Assembly: GCF_026210795.1 (NCBI RefSeq)
Contig: NC_089430.1
Span: forward strand, 4,526,001 to 4,590,000
Reading direction: 5' to 3'
DNA length: 64,000 nucleotides
Source: Rhizophagus irregularis
Lineage: Eukaryota
The position numbers and the translations under genes were made by a program. Below the pieces are notes generated by a model. That model had not been told where the DNA came from. It saw only the letters and a program-made list of their open reading frames with translations, and ran no database searches. Below are positions 1 to 13,090 of this stretch, in pieces (position 1 is the first letter of the stretch; every line of letters starts with the position of its first letter).

Positions 1-208
1 CATGAAATTTATTGTAAGGTATCCACTCTAATACTTCCAACCAAAGAGTTGCTGATAATTGAGTGTCTTGAATAAATTTGTCAATATCATTATTACCGCT
101 AGTCCAATTTTTAAAATTTTGTTGAAACCGTTTTGCATTACATTCTTTACACCAATCAAATCTAGTATTTTCTTGTTTACATTCCTCACAATTTCCGTCC
201 AAACTCAT
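1..208 (-). CDS. TKL protein kinase, first exon (gene runs off the window start)
   Basis: Minus-strand translation MSLDGNCEECKQENTRFDWCKECNAKRFQQNFKNWTSGNNDIDKFIQDTQLSATLWLEVLEWIPYNKFH is nearly identical to exon 1 of the kinases starting at 15404 and 19627. Confidence 0.9.
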   Translation of the reverse strand, partial: MSLDGNCEECKQENTRFDWCKECNAKRFQQNFKNWTSGNNDIDKFIQDTQLSATLWLEVLEWIPYNKFH

Positions 209-1140
209 GGTTTGATAAATTATTCAAAAAAAAACAATAATAATAGACTTTATAATAACAAGATAACGGAATAAGTCAAAAATATCGAAAAGAAAATTAT
301 TTAAATATGGAAAAAGCTTCATTTTATGCATCCAGAATTCGGATTCCATTATTCGTGTAACAAAACAAATGCTGTACGATTACTGCGTCGGAATATCAAA
401 AAGAAAATAAATTTTGTTCTAAAATTAAAATGGTATAGTCTAAAGTGGAAGCATATAACGTAAGTTATAATGAAAAAATGAAATTTATTTATAGAATCGT
501 GTATAATCCAAAATATTAAAATTTTTGAATCTTATTTATACATTTATTAAAGGAAAATTTGAAAACTTGGCGTATTAATGTTCAAAAGCGGTTAAATTGT
601 TTGTTACAAAGAGATACTTTAGCTAGTATTTAACGTCAAGTAGCACATATTCAGATATCATGGATATATGTAACATGTTGCCCAACTTACTCTTTTGGCG
701 AAAGATTTTTGCCGAAACGGAACGGAAAAAAAAAATGAGAATATAATGAGAATATAATTTAATTTATCCTATCATTCCTATTCTACACCATGTTTTTAAG
801 TATTTTTGCACTGTTAAAAAATTAAAACCTCATGAAAAGTTGAAATTATCTTTAGAATTTTACGATGTCTCTTAAAATTAATTTTTAATAACGCTTCATT
901 ATCAATCATCATTCCACGCCATCCTTTGCGTTAATTTATATAAAATGAATATTTTATTATTTATACAACATACAATCCGATATATATTGTTTACTTATAT
1001 TAATTATACATACACTTACATATCCGATATATAAAATAAAAAAAAAAATCGTGTTAAGACTTGTTACGTATAGCTACTATTTTTTTCTTTTCTTTTGAGT
1101 TCGTATTTTTAATATACAATTTCAACTTTTACCGACTTCC

Positions 1141-3088
1141 TCATTTTTTATCATCATCTAATGAATTAAAAATTTCACCAAGACATTTACATTGACTTCT
1201 AATTCTAACAAATTCATCAATCAAGGTCATCCTATTATTATTCATGTCATCAATATCTTTTTGAATATATCTTTTACCAAGAATTTTCCAATTTCTTAAT
1301 TCTTTATACGCTGATTGTAATTGTTCAAGTATACTCGTATGTTTTTCTATAGAATTTTGTAATTTTGATCTAGTCGAACACGCATTATACATAACTGCTG
1401 TCGTTGTTGCTCCTGTAGCATATATTGCTGCTTTTCCGATCCATTTCTATTTAGAAAATTTTTTTTTAGGTCATTAAATTTAATTAAATTTAATTAAATT
1501 TTTATATAAAAAGAAAATGAACAATAAAATATAAATAGGTCACCTCATATTTTTCGTAATCTTTACTTCCGAAACTCTTTTTATTATACATATATCCACC
1601 TATAACAAACGCAGTAATTCCGATTGTACTATTAAATTGAACGCAGTAAAATTTTTTTTTTTTTAAAAAAAAAATTATTAATAAAATGAAAGATAAAAAA
1701 TGTAAAAAAATTGAAAAATATATATATTTGGAATCATAATAAATTCTCTAGACTTACATAGCAGCGGCATATAATTTACATGATAAATCTTGCTTTTGAT
1801 CTTCTAATTTTTCTAATTCTTTATTACATTCATTATTAATAAGCATAACAATTCTCATTAAATCTTCCGCAGCTATAACAAATTGTTCGAGTCGTCCTAT
1901 CAGGAAAAAAAAAATTTTTTTTATTTATGATCAAGTTGCAAAAAAAAAAATTTATTTAAAAAAATGAATAAAAAACTTACGTTGAAGTCTTTCATATTTT
2001 TCCTCATCAATCACATCATATAAAATGATCAATAAATCCATAAGAGTTTTATCCATGATTGATAAATAATTCGTAAACTCTGATTTTTGTGATTGAAAAA
2101 TTTTTTTAAAACCTTCATCAGAATCTATTAATACTTGATATGATTGATGAATCGAATGAATGACGTTAATTAAATTCCATAATGTTAAGATAATTCCGAA
2201 TTTATAATTTTTAACCTAATTAAAAAAAATAAATAAAGAACGTTTTAGCTTAGTCGTACTTAATTCGATCGTTACTTGATTCACCTTCAATCATACTTAC
2301 AAAACCCGTTAGAATTCCGGCTTCGTAAGAGTTGATATAAAGTTCAGCGTGTTTAAATAAATATCTAGCAAAATTATGAACGATCAAATTTGAATCCATC
2401 ATAATATTATCCTCAATAACAGAATTAGGATTATCACTACCAACAAAAGTGACAACATTTCTTATTTGACCAAAGTATTCATCAGCTAAATCACTAATAG
2501 TAACAGTCAAATCCCTTCTTTGAAATGTATTATGAAATAATCTTTCTAATTCATAATTTTTTAAAGTTGATTTAGAAGAAATTTTTTTAGATAATTCATT
2601 TAATTCACGTTCAATCGCTTCTTCATCTATAATTGGATAAAGATCTAAATTAGGTTGTTCTGTTATAGAAGAGGAAGAGGAAGAAGTAATAGTAACATCA
2701 TCGGAAAATAAAACTCTATTGAAACGAATTTGTTGAGAAGCAGCCGTATCAGTATTTTGATAAATTGTTCTAAAAGTGACAGTATCGGAAGCTAACCAAT
2801 CAACAAGACCATTATCAGATATATTAAAAAATTTTTCTGCGGAATTTTGTAAATGTCGAACCAAATCTGTGTGAGTTCTATTCGTAAAATTAAATTTAAC
2901 CTAATAAGGAATTAAAAGAAATTTTTTTAAGAAATTATTGAAATTATTTATTAAGACAATTACAAATGAAATTACATTACCTTTGCCGATTTTCCATCAT
3001 AATCGGAAACTTCCATATTATAATAATTTTTTTCATCAGGAGGAAATATATTATTAAGTAAATAATTAACGTCGATAGGCCCCTAAAA

Positions 3089-3122
<34 letters not shown>

Positions 3123-3326
3123 CTTTAATTAATTAATTATGATCGATTACTAGGAGAGATCATAATTATTAAAATTTTTTTTTTTTAATTATTAAAATAA
3201 AATTACCTTTAATTTAAAAATTTTAAAACATGAAAATTTATTTTGGACATTTGCATTATTTTCCTCAATATAACAAACTTCATTGTTATGCACAAGAGCA
3301 AGTGGCTGCACATTCATTGTTTCCAT
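1141..3326 (-). CDS. Uncharacterised ~530-aa, 7-exon alpha-helical protein with a C-terminal coiled-coil / hydrophobic hairpin / coiled-coil arrangement
   Basis: Exons at about 3326-3207, 3082-2982, 2900-2301, 2216-1981, 1896-1758, 1630-1545 and 1447-1141 join in frame through GT-AG introns, from METMNVQPLA to SLDDDKK*. It includes ORFs 2250..2864 and 1141..1392. Hydrophobic segments: LYAAAITIGITAFVIGGYMY and WIGKAAIYATGATTTAVMY. Confidence 0.8.
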
Positions 3327-5282
3327 ATTTTTTTTTGTTTTTATTTTTTTGATAGAAAAAAAAATCGGGATTTTTAATAATAATAATTTCGCCCTTAAAA
3401 AAAAAAAAAATAAAACCGGAAAAACTTCACATATTTCTATGAATCAATGGTATTTATAATAGATGATATTGTTACACCCAAATCGCCTTGATCAAATATG
3501 GATAAATCATCATCATCTCCATTACATCAATAACTAGTTTCAATAACCGAGAAGAAAAAAAAAAAAATAAAAATAAAAATAAAAAAAATAAAAATAATAT
3601 TTGCCTTTATTTCCATATACTGAAACAATTAACAAATTTTTTTTTTACAACTTGGCAAAAAATGAAACGTTTTAGAAAACGTGTCCCAATATTATTTAGA
3701 AAAATTTTAAATTTAAATTTTTTTTTTTTTTTTTTTGACTATAAAAGGAAAGAAGAAAATGAATATTGTGAATATTGTGAAATATTGTGAAATATTGTGG
3801 AAATTTCCGAATTCCGAAGTTTAAAAATCAATCATTTTTCTAAGGTTAGAAGATAAAATAAATTTTTTTTTTTTTATGTAATACATATAATACATATAAA
3901 CATTATGGATTATTATTTCTATTTATTTTCATAAAATCCGATATTAAAAAGAAAAAATAAACAAATTAAAAAATTTTTTAAATTATTATAAATGGTATTA
4001 TAAATTATTATTATAAATTATTATAAATTATATAAATTACTTTTTTCAAGTTAGTTTTAAAAAAAAAAAATTATTTTTATTTTTTTAATTTTATTTTTAA
4101 ACAAAGAAAGTTGAAACATTATTGAAACATTTTATTTTTTTTTTTAAGAAAAAATCGTTTTATTATTTGAAAATTATCACTTAAATTGTCATAAGACCGA
4201 AATTTTAATTTTTTTTTTTATTTTTTCTCCTCATTTTGTTAAACTTTAAAAAAATTTTTTGTAAAAGAAATCAAATAAAGGGATATGAAATTTTTTATTT
4301 TCTATTTTATTTATTTATTGTTTTATTCTTGGGGAAAAGTTGGGGAAAAAAACTTATTATACTTATTATAAACAAGTTTATAAACACGGTACAGTCGGTA
4401 CAATAATACCCATTTAAAAAATGACTGACAGGAATCACGTGTACAATTTCGCCAATGGGAACTTGCCGGCGTTGGGGGAACGAATGGCACAGCCAATACA
4501 GGTTGTAAAAGAAACAATCTAATCTAAAAAAGTTCAAACATCAATTAATAATCATACCGTAAAGGCGTTAAAAGAATTCCATTAGTAGGAAAATGGAATG
4601 ATTACGTTATTAAATATCAAACAACAACAAAAATTAAAAAAAAAAAATTAAAAAGTGATCGTCGTAAATAAAAAAGAAAATTTAGTAAAGGTGACAAACA
4701 TTTGGGAAAAAAAACCTTAAAATATAATATACAAATTATAAATAAATATCCCTTTTTTTTTTTATTATTTATTTATTTTAATACAACTAATACAACTTGG
4801 ATTATAAATGAAAAAAATATTTTGTATTGTTTAAAAGAAAAAAATAAATTTTTTTTTTATACAAATAAATATTTTACAATCGTATAACGAATATAGAAAA
4901 AAGATATCTGAAATTGCTTTTATTGCTTTGAAACGGTTTATTATAGAATTACAAAACTTTATTAAACTGATAAACAAATCAACAAGTGACGATAGGCTGC
5001 ATAAACTTTTAATTACCAATGTAATCACCTGGTTATTATATTTATACATATAAACGTATGATATGCAAGCCCTTTGATTATTGTCATTCTTAAAAATTGT
5101 CAAACTGCATTATGATTTACATATGATCTATTACCATATAAAATTACTCTATAATTTTTTATAAAAAATATATATTGTTTATAAATTCCTCCTCCTCCAA
5201 AAAAAAAAAAATTTTTTAAATTTTCCCATTCATAATAATTTTTTTTTCAGAAAGTTAAATAATAATAAAAAGAAATTCAAAG

Positions 5283-7083
5283 ATGATGTATATGTATCCT
5301 GGTTTTAATTCATTTGAAGGTACTTCGAAATTTTTTTTTTACCTCATTGTATGTATTTATTTATTATTATATATACGTATATAAAAAATATATATATGTA
5401 ATATATATATATATAATTTTTTTTTTTAAAAAAAAAAAAAGTACGTTTTTTAAACCGTTTTTTCGATTTTTTTTTCTTAGGTGAAAATTCATTTGTCCAA
5501 GCGCAAGGTTTCGCTTTTCAACAATTTCAACAATTTCACCAACAACAAAACTGGAATTTATATAATCAATTAACGACAGATCCATTTATTCTTGAAACAA
5601 ATAATAACATGTTAAATTCTCTCGATCAGGACTTTGTTAATTATAATTTTCAACAAAATCTTGATTTCAATAGTTTTAATACAAAGAAAGGATCAAATCA
5701 CATTTATTCGAATTATACGATACCTTCAATTACTTCAATAATATCTCAACATGTTACGACAAATAATATTAACTCAATGAATTTTTTACCTTTATCAAAT
5801 ATGATTACACCACCAATAATATCTTCAATACCAACAAAATCATCGATTGGAATAGATTTTAATTATAATGAAAATACAAATCTTTTAACTCAATCACAAT
5901 CTCAACCTCAATTTCAATCTCAACTTCAATCTCAACTTCAACCTCAAAATTCAATACAATCATCTGATACATTATCATATTTTACCATTCCTGATAAAGA
6001 TACTACAATTTTATTACAAGATATATTGGATGGAATGAAAGTCATGCAAGAAATTTCAAATGATTTGTCAACTTATAATAATTCAAATACGGATAATAAT
6101 ATACTTCAAGATATTACGAATAATTTAGTTATGGATCTTGTTGATGAAAATTCAGTTGACTGGTTAATTCAAGATAATTGGGAGGAAACGTCAATACAGG
6201 GCGAAACGTCAATACAGGGCGAAACGTCAATACAGGGCGAAACGTCAATACAGGGCGAAACGTCAATACAGGGCGAAACGTCAATACAGGGCGAAACGTC
6301 AATACAGGGCGAAACGTCAAAACAGGGCGAAACGTCAAAACAGGGGGAAACGTCAAAACCGGGCGAAACGTTAAAACAGGGCGAAACGTCAAAACAGGAG
6401 GAAACGTTAAAACAGGGCGAAACGTTAAAACAGGAGGAAACGTTAAAACAGGACGAAACATATGAATCTAAGGGAAAATCACCTGAAAAGGTATTGTTAC
6501 TTTTTATTTAACATAATTTAACGTAAATTGAATATAGTATTTTTATTAACGAAAAATTTTTTTTTAGAAACATGAAGAGATATTTTGTCAGTATGTTGAT
6601 GATTTAATTGAAGAACATATGAAAGAAATCAAAAAAGTCGTTCATAATGAGATATTATGTCAAGAAATTTTAACAGAATCATCAAGTTTGGAATATCAAG
6701 ATTTTAAAAATTTTATTCAAACAGAAGATACGACGACGACAATAATAGATAATCAAGACATAATAATAAAACAAGAAGTAATAAGCCAAGAAATAAGCCA
6801 AGCCGAATCCTCGTCATCATCATCATCATCATCATCAAGTAATATGTTTGTACCACATTTCTCACATGGAATGTTAACAACAAACTCAACAAAAACAAAT
6901 CAAAGAACACTTAAATGTGACGAGGTTGGATGTAGTAAAGAGTATAATTGTTACGCAAAATTGAAAGCTCATAAAATAACTCACACGAATGAAAGACCTT
7001 TTATGTGTAATGTTTTTGGATGTAATAAGAAATTTAAAAGATCGGGAGAATTAATCAAACATCAATTAGATCATTTAAATTGA
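5283..7083 (+). CDS. C2H2 zinc-finger transcription factor (two C-terminal fingers, Q/N/S-rich N-terminus)
   Basis: Exons 5283-5319, 5481-6490 and 6568-7083 join in frame. Fingers CDEVGC..HKITH and CNVFGC..HQLDH are joined by a TGEKPF-type linker, TNERPF. Confidence 0.88.
6181..6460 (+). repeat. 18-bp coding tandem repeat, ~15 units encoding (GETSIQ/GETSKQ/EETLKQ)n
   Basis: Unit GGGCGAAACGTCAATACA repeats in frame inside exon 2 of the zinc-finger gene. Confidence 0.97.
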
Positions 7084-10000
7084 AAGATTTTAATATAGTG
7101 TTAGTATAGGAAATATTAAGAGAAATTAAATAAAAATATTATTCTCCTGATTATGATCTTTTTACAGTACATATAAAAAAAAGAGGATAAACTTTTCTAA
7201 AAAAAGATAATGTCCGTAAAATCCATAAAATCCCAAACGCCCGCAAGTTCGGGCAACATATTAACCTTAAATATGTAAGAAGGGCGTTTTTTTGAAATCC
7301 TTCGGATTTGATTGTCAAATGATGATTTGCAATAAAAGGAATGAATTTACTTAATATGGTTAACTAAAATGAAACCAAGTAAAAAATGACATAGGTTTAT
7401 AAAATTGACTGACCTGACTATCATCATAATAACACGTATTAAAATGTTCTTTTCCCCGAATACAAAGAAAAATGATATCATTATAGTAAAGATATACGTG
7501 ACACTACACCATTTGGGGTGCATGATCATTTGTAACACGCAATATTTTGTAGATCGATTTAGTTAGTTTCGTTGAAAGAGAGAGAAAAAAATATAGATTA
7601 TATAGATTGTTTATAGATTGAATAGATTGTATAATTTACAACCTGTATAATTAATTTACAAAAAACCTGTATAGTTTACAATTTGTATAGTTTACAATTT
7701 GTATAATTTACAATTTGTATAGTTTTACAATTGTAAATATTTTCCCCCCTTTCCTCCTCCTCCCGCCCCCGGCCTCGCCCCCTCCCCCTATAATATTTTA
7801 GTTGTACTGTATGAAAATAGTTGTACTTGTATGAAAAAAAATATAAAAAGAACAACGAGAAAAAAAATGAAATACTTTTTCCTTTTTCCCTATTACATAA
7901 ATTATTTACACCACATGTAATTTTTGGAATAAATGTGATTTTTAAGTCTTAATAGTCTTATTAGTCTTATTCGTTATTTTCTTTGAACACAAAGTTATTT
8001 TTTTTTTTACATGCATCATCAAAAAGATTTTCGGCATCTGTTTTATTTCCAAATTTAATAAACAAAACATCTTAATTTTACATATTTTACATGTGTTACT
8101 CAAAATTCCCGGGGCTAACATTTAAACTTTAAGAAAAATAAGGCACGAATCGTATGCAATAAACTTTAACCACTCTACGGAAAAATTTTTATTTGTAACT
8201 TTGTATTTTTGTATTTCAAAGAAATTGATAAACGTAAAAAAAAAAAAATTTGTTTATTTAATATTAATTTATTGGATTTGTTTCACCAATAAATTTTAAT
8301 GTTCCACGTAATATGCGTAATATGTTGATAACTATACATTTTGTTAAATAATAATAATTTATTGTTATTGTTTGAACAAAGTCTGAAAATTAACGGAGAT
8401 TGAGGAAAGATGAACGATTTTTGATGATTAAGAAAAAAAAAATATTTATTAAATTAAAAATATAAAAAATATGGTAAAAGTTTTTCCCATTTATTATTTA
8501 CTGTATACAGTAATTGTAATTGTTACCTTTTATTTTAATTGTTGATTTCATTAAGCTTAAAAATTTTTCAATTTAAATAAAAATTAATTAAATCTCGATA
8601 TAATACAAGTTTCATCGTATTTACTAAATTTATATTAAGTTAAATGTTTTTTTTACCAAAATTGTTTCGTCTATTATATTGTTTTTTTATTATTAGACTA
8701 TTAGACTATCAGACGTATTATTATACTAAAAAATATTATCTCGTTTAAAAGAATCTTTGTTCATCGTTTATTAATTTATCTCATATAATAAATTAAATAT
8801 CAAATATTTTAACTAATTAAATTATTAATAATAATAATCATTCTAGATGATAATAAATATAAACAATTTTTAATTGGTGTTGTGTCAATCTTACAATTTC
8901 CGAAGAAATTTCGAACAAGGATTTTTGATTAATTGTGATATGATTATGATAAATTTATCATCATTGAATTATACTAGTTGAATAACTTTTCGGTATTTAT
9001 TGCAAAAGGTGAGTCTGTTACATGTGTTATCAGATATAGTAGATATAGTAAACTCTTGTGTAAATCTAAATTTTGGCTCCGAAAAATAAAAAATTCAAAA
9101 GTATCATATTTCATGAATGACATTTCTTTTATAATACGAAAATTACATAACAAGTATAATAAGTGAAGAAAAGTGATTAATTCGATAGAAATACAAGGTA
9201 AATACTCGAAAAATATATGCCTTCTTACGCTTTCTTTATTATAAAAAAAAAAACAAATAATAATATAAATAAAACAAATTAAACAACGAAAAAAAAAATT
9301 TTTTTTTTCTTTCTAATAGAAATGGATCGGGTATACGACATTACGACTAAACAAAACTTCAAAAAATTTATTATATTCAGCGCATAATAAAATTGTGATA
9401 AATATAATTACCGTATATTTCTTTTTTCGTATATTTGATGGGGAAAAAAATTTGTATACAAAATTCTTTGAAAATTACATACTAAAATACGAATCATTCG
9501 TTATGTAAGGCGTAAATTTAATACTTTGCATATACGGTATGTACGGTATGATAATGTATATTGAATTCATACATTCAATAGATTAATACAATACTTTCCT
9601 TTTAAAGAAGTGTGGGCGATACTTTTATGATTACCAAAACATTCCCTATAACACGTGTCATCCTTCAAATGTTTCTTTATTTATTACCATAAAAGTCAAT
9701 TCATAATATATTTTTTTTTTTTTGACGTTTAAAAAATTGGTTCTTTTGATATATAAACTAGGAAATGGGATCCGAGTTGCGATTTTATTGGTTTGAGATC
9801 ACGTGTATGTACCGTGACCACAAAGTATATTCAATTTTCGACTTATTTTATGACTTTCTCAATAATAATGAGTTCCACTGTATTAGAGTTCTCATTGAAC
9901 GGTCATTAATTTAATCCATTTATACCAATTATAGAATTCAATTATTAGCCATTTTTAAATTTTTAAATATTTTTCGGCGCAGAGTACGACATTGTCTTGT

Positions 10001-10124
10001 CTGACGAATACTGAAATTCCCGGGAAATTATACACAATACAATTTCTATATACAATATAGTATAAACTATGCATATTGTTGGGAATGTAGTCAAAATAAA
10101 TACCGGCTCTCGTTGGCGTAAATC

Positions 10125-10600
10125 ATGTAATGCAACAAAATTTTGAAAATTGGAACTAGTGGTAATGATGATATTGATAAATTTATTCAAACCACTCGAT
10201 TATCAGCAAATATTAGAGTGGATACCTTAATATATTGCAAAAGGTATATCTTCAACTAGTTTATCATATGAAATACATCCAGAAGCTGCTTATACAAGTA
10301 GATTACTTAATTTTAATAATAATCTTCCTGAACCAAAAAATTCCGATGATTATTATAATAATTAGCGTTAAATTTTTAGGTAATTTGTTTTAAATAAATT
10401 TTATAAAATGTTTAAAATTAATAAATTATTTTTTTTTATTAAACAGAATCCTTACAGGTTGGTATATCTCAATTGAAAATTAGCGATGAAATGTATGATG
10501 AATTAATTTTTTGTTTCATTTTAATATTACGATATAATAAATTAATATTTAATTATTTATTTTTTTATTACAGAAAAATAAAAAGTGTTGAAGAATGAGA
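10125..10600 (+). pseudogene. TKL kinase relic lacking the catalytic domain
   Basis: Degenerate WTSGNDDIDKFIQ..LEWIP..IAKG is joined directly to the C-terminal tail (SYEIHPEAAYTSRLLNFNNNLPEPKNSDDYY) and the terminal small exons; frameshifts are present. Confidence 0.85.
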
Positions 10601-11321
10601 GGGGATTTTAATAAAATTTTTAACTTATTTAAATAACCCGATAGTAATATTTATATTTAAGAATACTTTAAGGATACTTAACGTATTTTTATCTTCCACG
10701 AAATATTAAACAAAGTTTTTTAAAAACTAGGATTGTCAGATCATTAGGATTTAAAGAATATATAATACAGTAGTAATATTTAATATTTTTTTATGGATTT
10801 TAATTAATTTGAGATTAAATATGAATTTATTTTGCACTTGGATTTTTAATCATCGATTTTTTTTTTTGTTCAATTATTTTAAAAACAAAGGTGCAAACTT
10901 AATTACTGACATACTCTAAGTCGAGTTACGTCATAGACGTAATAGACGTAATTTAAGTCGTGTAAACCCTTCACCTCTGACCTCTATTTAAAAATATGTT
11001 CATACTCTTCAGGTCCTCGTCACATTTTATCTTTTTTAAAAGAATTCAGTAAATGAGACGAAAATATATTTTGAAAGTGTGATATTCAAAAGTAAGAAAA
11101 AAAAATAAAAAAAATTTCGGAATGTCTCTAATAATTGTCGATTTAATATTTGCAATTCTGCAGTCCGTGAAAAATTTTTTGGCCAAGAAACATGCAAATT
11201 TTTAATTTTGAAGTAAATTTGAATATTCGAAATTTCGAATATAATGACAATTGGTAAAAGAAAAAGTAATATTTTATTTATACAACATATAATAAATATT
11301 AATAAATAGTTATTGGAATGA

Positions 11322-11438
11322 ATATCGGTCACAGGATAGAATGATTGGATGAAAATGGGTCACGTAGTGACCATCTTCACCAATCAATGAAGGGCCCTGT
11401 GATCGAGATAGCCAATCATTCTATCCGGTGACCGATAT
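11322..11438. mobile_element. Small MITE-like inverted repeat (~117 bp)
   Basis: ATATCGGTCACAGGATAGAATGATTGG ... CCAATCATTCTATCCGGTGACCGATAT forms a 27-bp inverted repeat with one mismatch; a TA TSD is possible. Confidence 0.65.
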
Positions 11439-11699
11439 GCACACACGTGATCATGCATTTAATATCATAAATAAGCTTTTATAAATTTTATTTTTATGCT
11501 ATTTTTAATCCACTTTATAAGCTTTATTTAAACTTTTCCTATAAATTTCATTTATACAATATTATTTTACTCCACTTCATTATATCAATCATGTATTATT
11601 ATTGTATAATAAAAATATCAGTTTATGAAAATCTGCATGATCCTATTGGGCTGAACGATAAACGTACAAATATAAAATAAAAACAAAAAAAAATTCGTG

Positions 11700-13090
11700 T
11701 ACGTAAAACATTTCCTCTGGGTTCATACTTTTTTGATATTACTTCAAATACTTTTCTCAATTTTTTTAATTATCATTTGAATTTTTTTTAATTATAAGTT
11801 GGATTGTAATTTTTCAAGTATACTTGTATCTTTTTGTGTAGAATTTTATAATTCTGATTTATTCTGATCTGTTCTAATACGCCTTATAATACAATAATGT
11901 ATCATTGTATCCCAATACTGCAGCTGACACATATAATACTGTTTTCTGACCATTTCTATTAGAAAAGAAAGTAAAATTTTTTTGTGTTATTAAATATAAT
12001 TAAACTTTTATATAAAAAAAAATAAATATTTGCGTAAGAAGTAACATTACCTCATATATTTCGTAATCCTTATTCTGAAATTCTTTTTATTATACATATA
12101 TCCACCTATAACAATCGAGTAACTCTCCAATTGAACTATTAAATTGAACACACTAAATTTTTAAAAAATTAATTAATAATGAAAGTTAAAAAAAAAAATT
12201 GTAATCATCATAATCATATATATAGTAGCGTTATATATTTTACAATTTCCACTAAGCTGTCTATCTACCAGAGAACAAATGGTAGTTAACGCCTACCGTG
12301 ACCTGTGACTGAAACTAGCAGGGTTACCCTTACTTGTCTTGTACTAAAGGTTAAAGGAGTCAGTTGGAGAAGAGGTCAAATTCTCTTTATTTTCCATTTT
12401 TTTTTTAATTCTTTACCATATTTATTATATCACCATTAATGATCACAATCTTTTGTACCCTTAACAAATGTTCGAGTCGTCCTATCAGGAAAAATTTGCA
12501 AAAAAATTATTTAAAAATGAATAAAACTTACGTTGAAGTCTTTCATTATCTCTATCAATCACGTCATATAAATTATAAGTTGATATGATTGATAAATTGA
12601 ATAAATGACGTTAATTAAATTCTATAATATAAAGATATTTCCAAATTGTTAACTTTCAATTTAATTAAAAAAGGAATAAAAATGCATAGCTTAATTCAGT
12701 CGCCCGGAGTTGATAAGTTTCTGCGTATTTGAACAAAAATCTAATAAAATTATGAACGATCGTATTTGAATTTACAACAGTTGCCCCATAAAAAAAGAAA
12801 ATTCGGAATTCTGGACAAATTCTGGAGTGTCAAAAAAATGTCTGGAATTTGTGCGTCCGGAAAGTGTTCCAAAGCGTGACCGTTTCCGAATGTTTTCCGG
12901 ACGCACGGAAAATTTCTGGACATTTTCCATACTTTTCAGGACAAATTCCGAATTTTCTTTTTTTATAGGGTTGGTGTTGTAGATAGAAGAGGATGAAGAT
13001 AAAACTTTATTAATACGAAAAATGTTTTTCTAAAAATGATTATGTCTGATGCTAACCAAATCAAGAGACCGCTTTCGGATATACGATTGA
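11700..13090 (-). pseudogene. Decayed paralog (copy 2) of the 1141-3326 gene
   Basis: Recognisable matches to exons 3-7 (e.g. tatccacctataac, gttcgagtcgtcctatcagg, cttacgttgaagtct, gctaaccaa) with deletions and insertions. Boundaries are approximate. Confidence 0.8.
12784..12970. mobile_element. Internally deleted copy of the CCC-ended MITE family (full copy at 38039-38333), 3-bp TSD TTG
   Basis: TTG|CCCCATAAAAAAAAGAAAATTCGGAATT...AATTCCGAATTTTCTTTTTTATAGGG|TTG; the body matches the right part of the 38039-38333 element. Confidence 0.9.

Noticed and set aside
4430..4500. CACGTG and CCAAT motifs between the divergent genes
   Set aside because: Plausible promoter elements, but short motifs alone are not enough evidence.
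6129..6465. Alternative-frame ORFs (PVLTFR)n and (GRNVNT)n
   Set aside because: Shadows of the stop-free 18-bp repeat; only the GETSIQ frame joins the spliced zinc-finger gene.
12245..12395. GC-richer ~150-bp insert in hairpin copy 2, considered as tRNA/SINE
   Set aside because: No cloverleaf, A/B boxes or TSD found; left unclassified.
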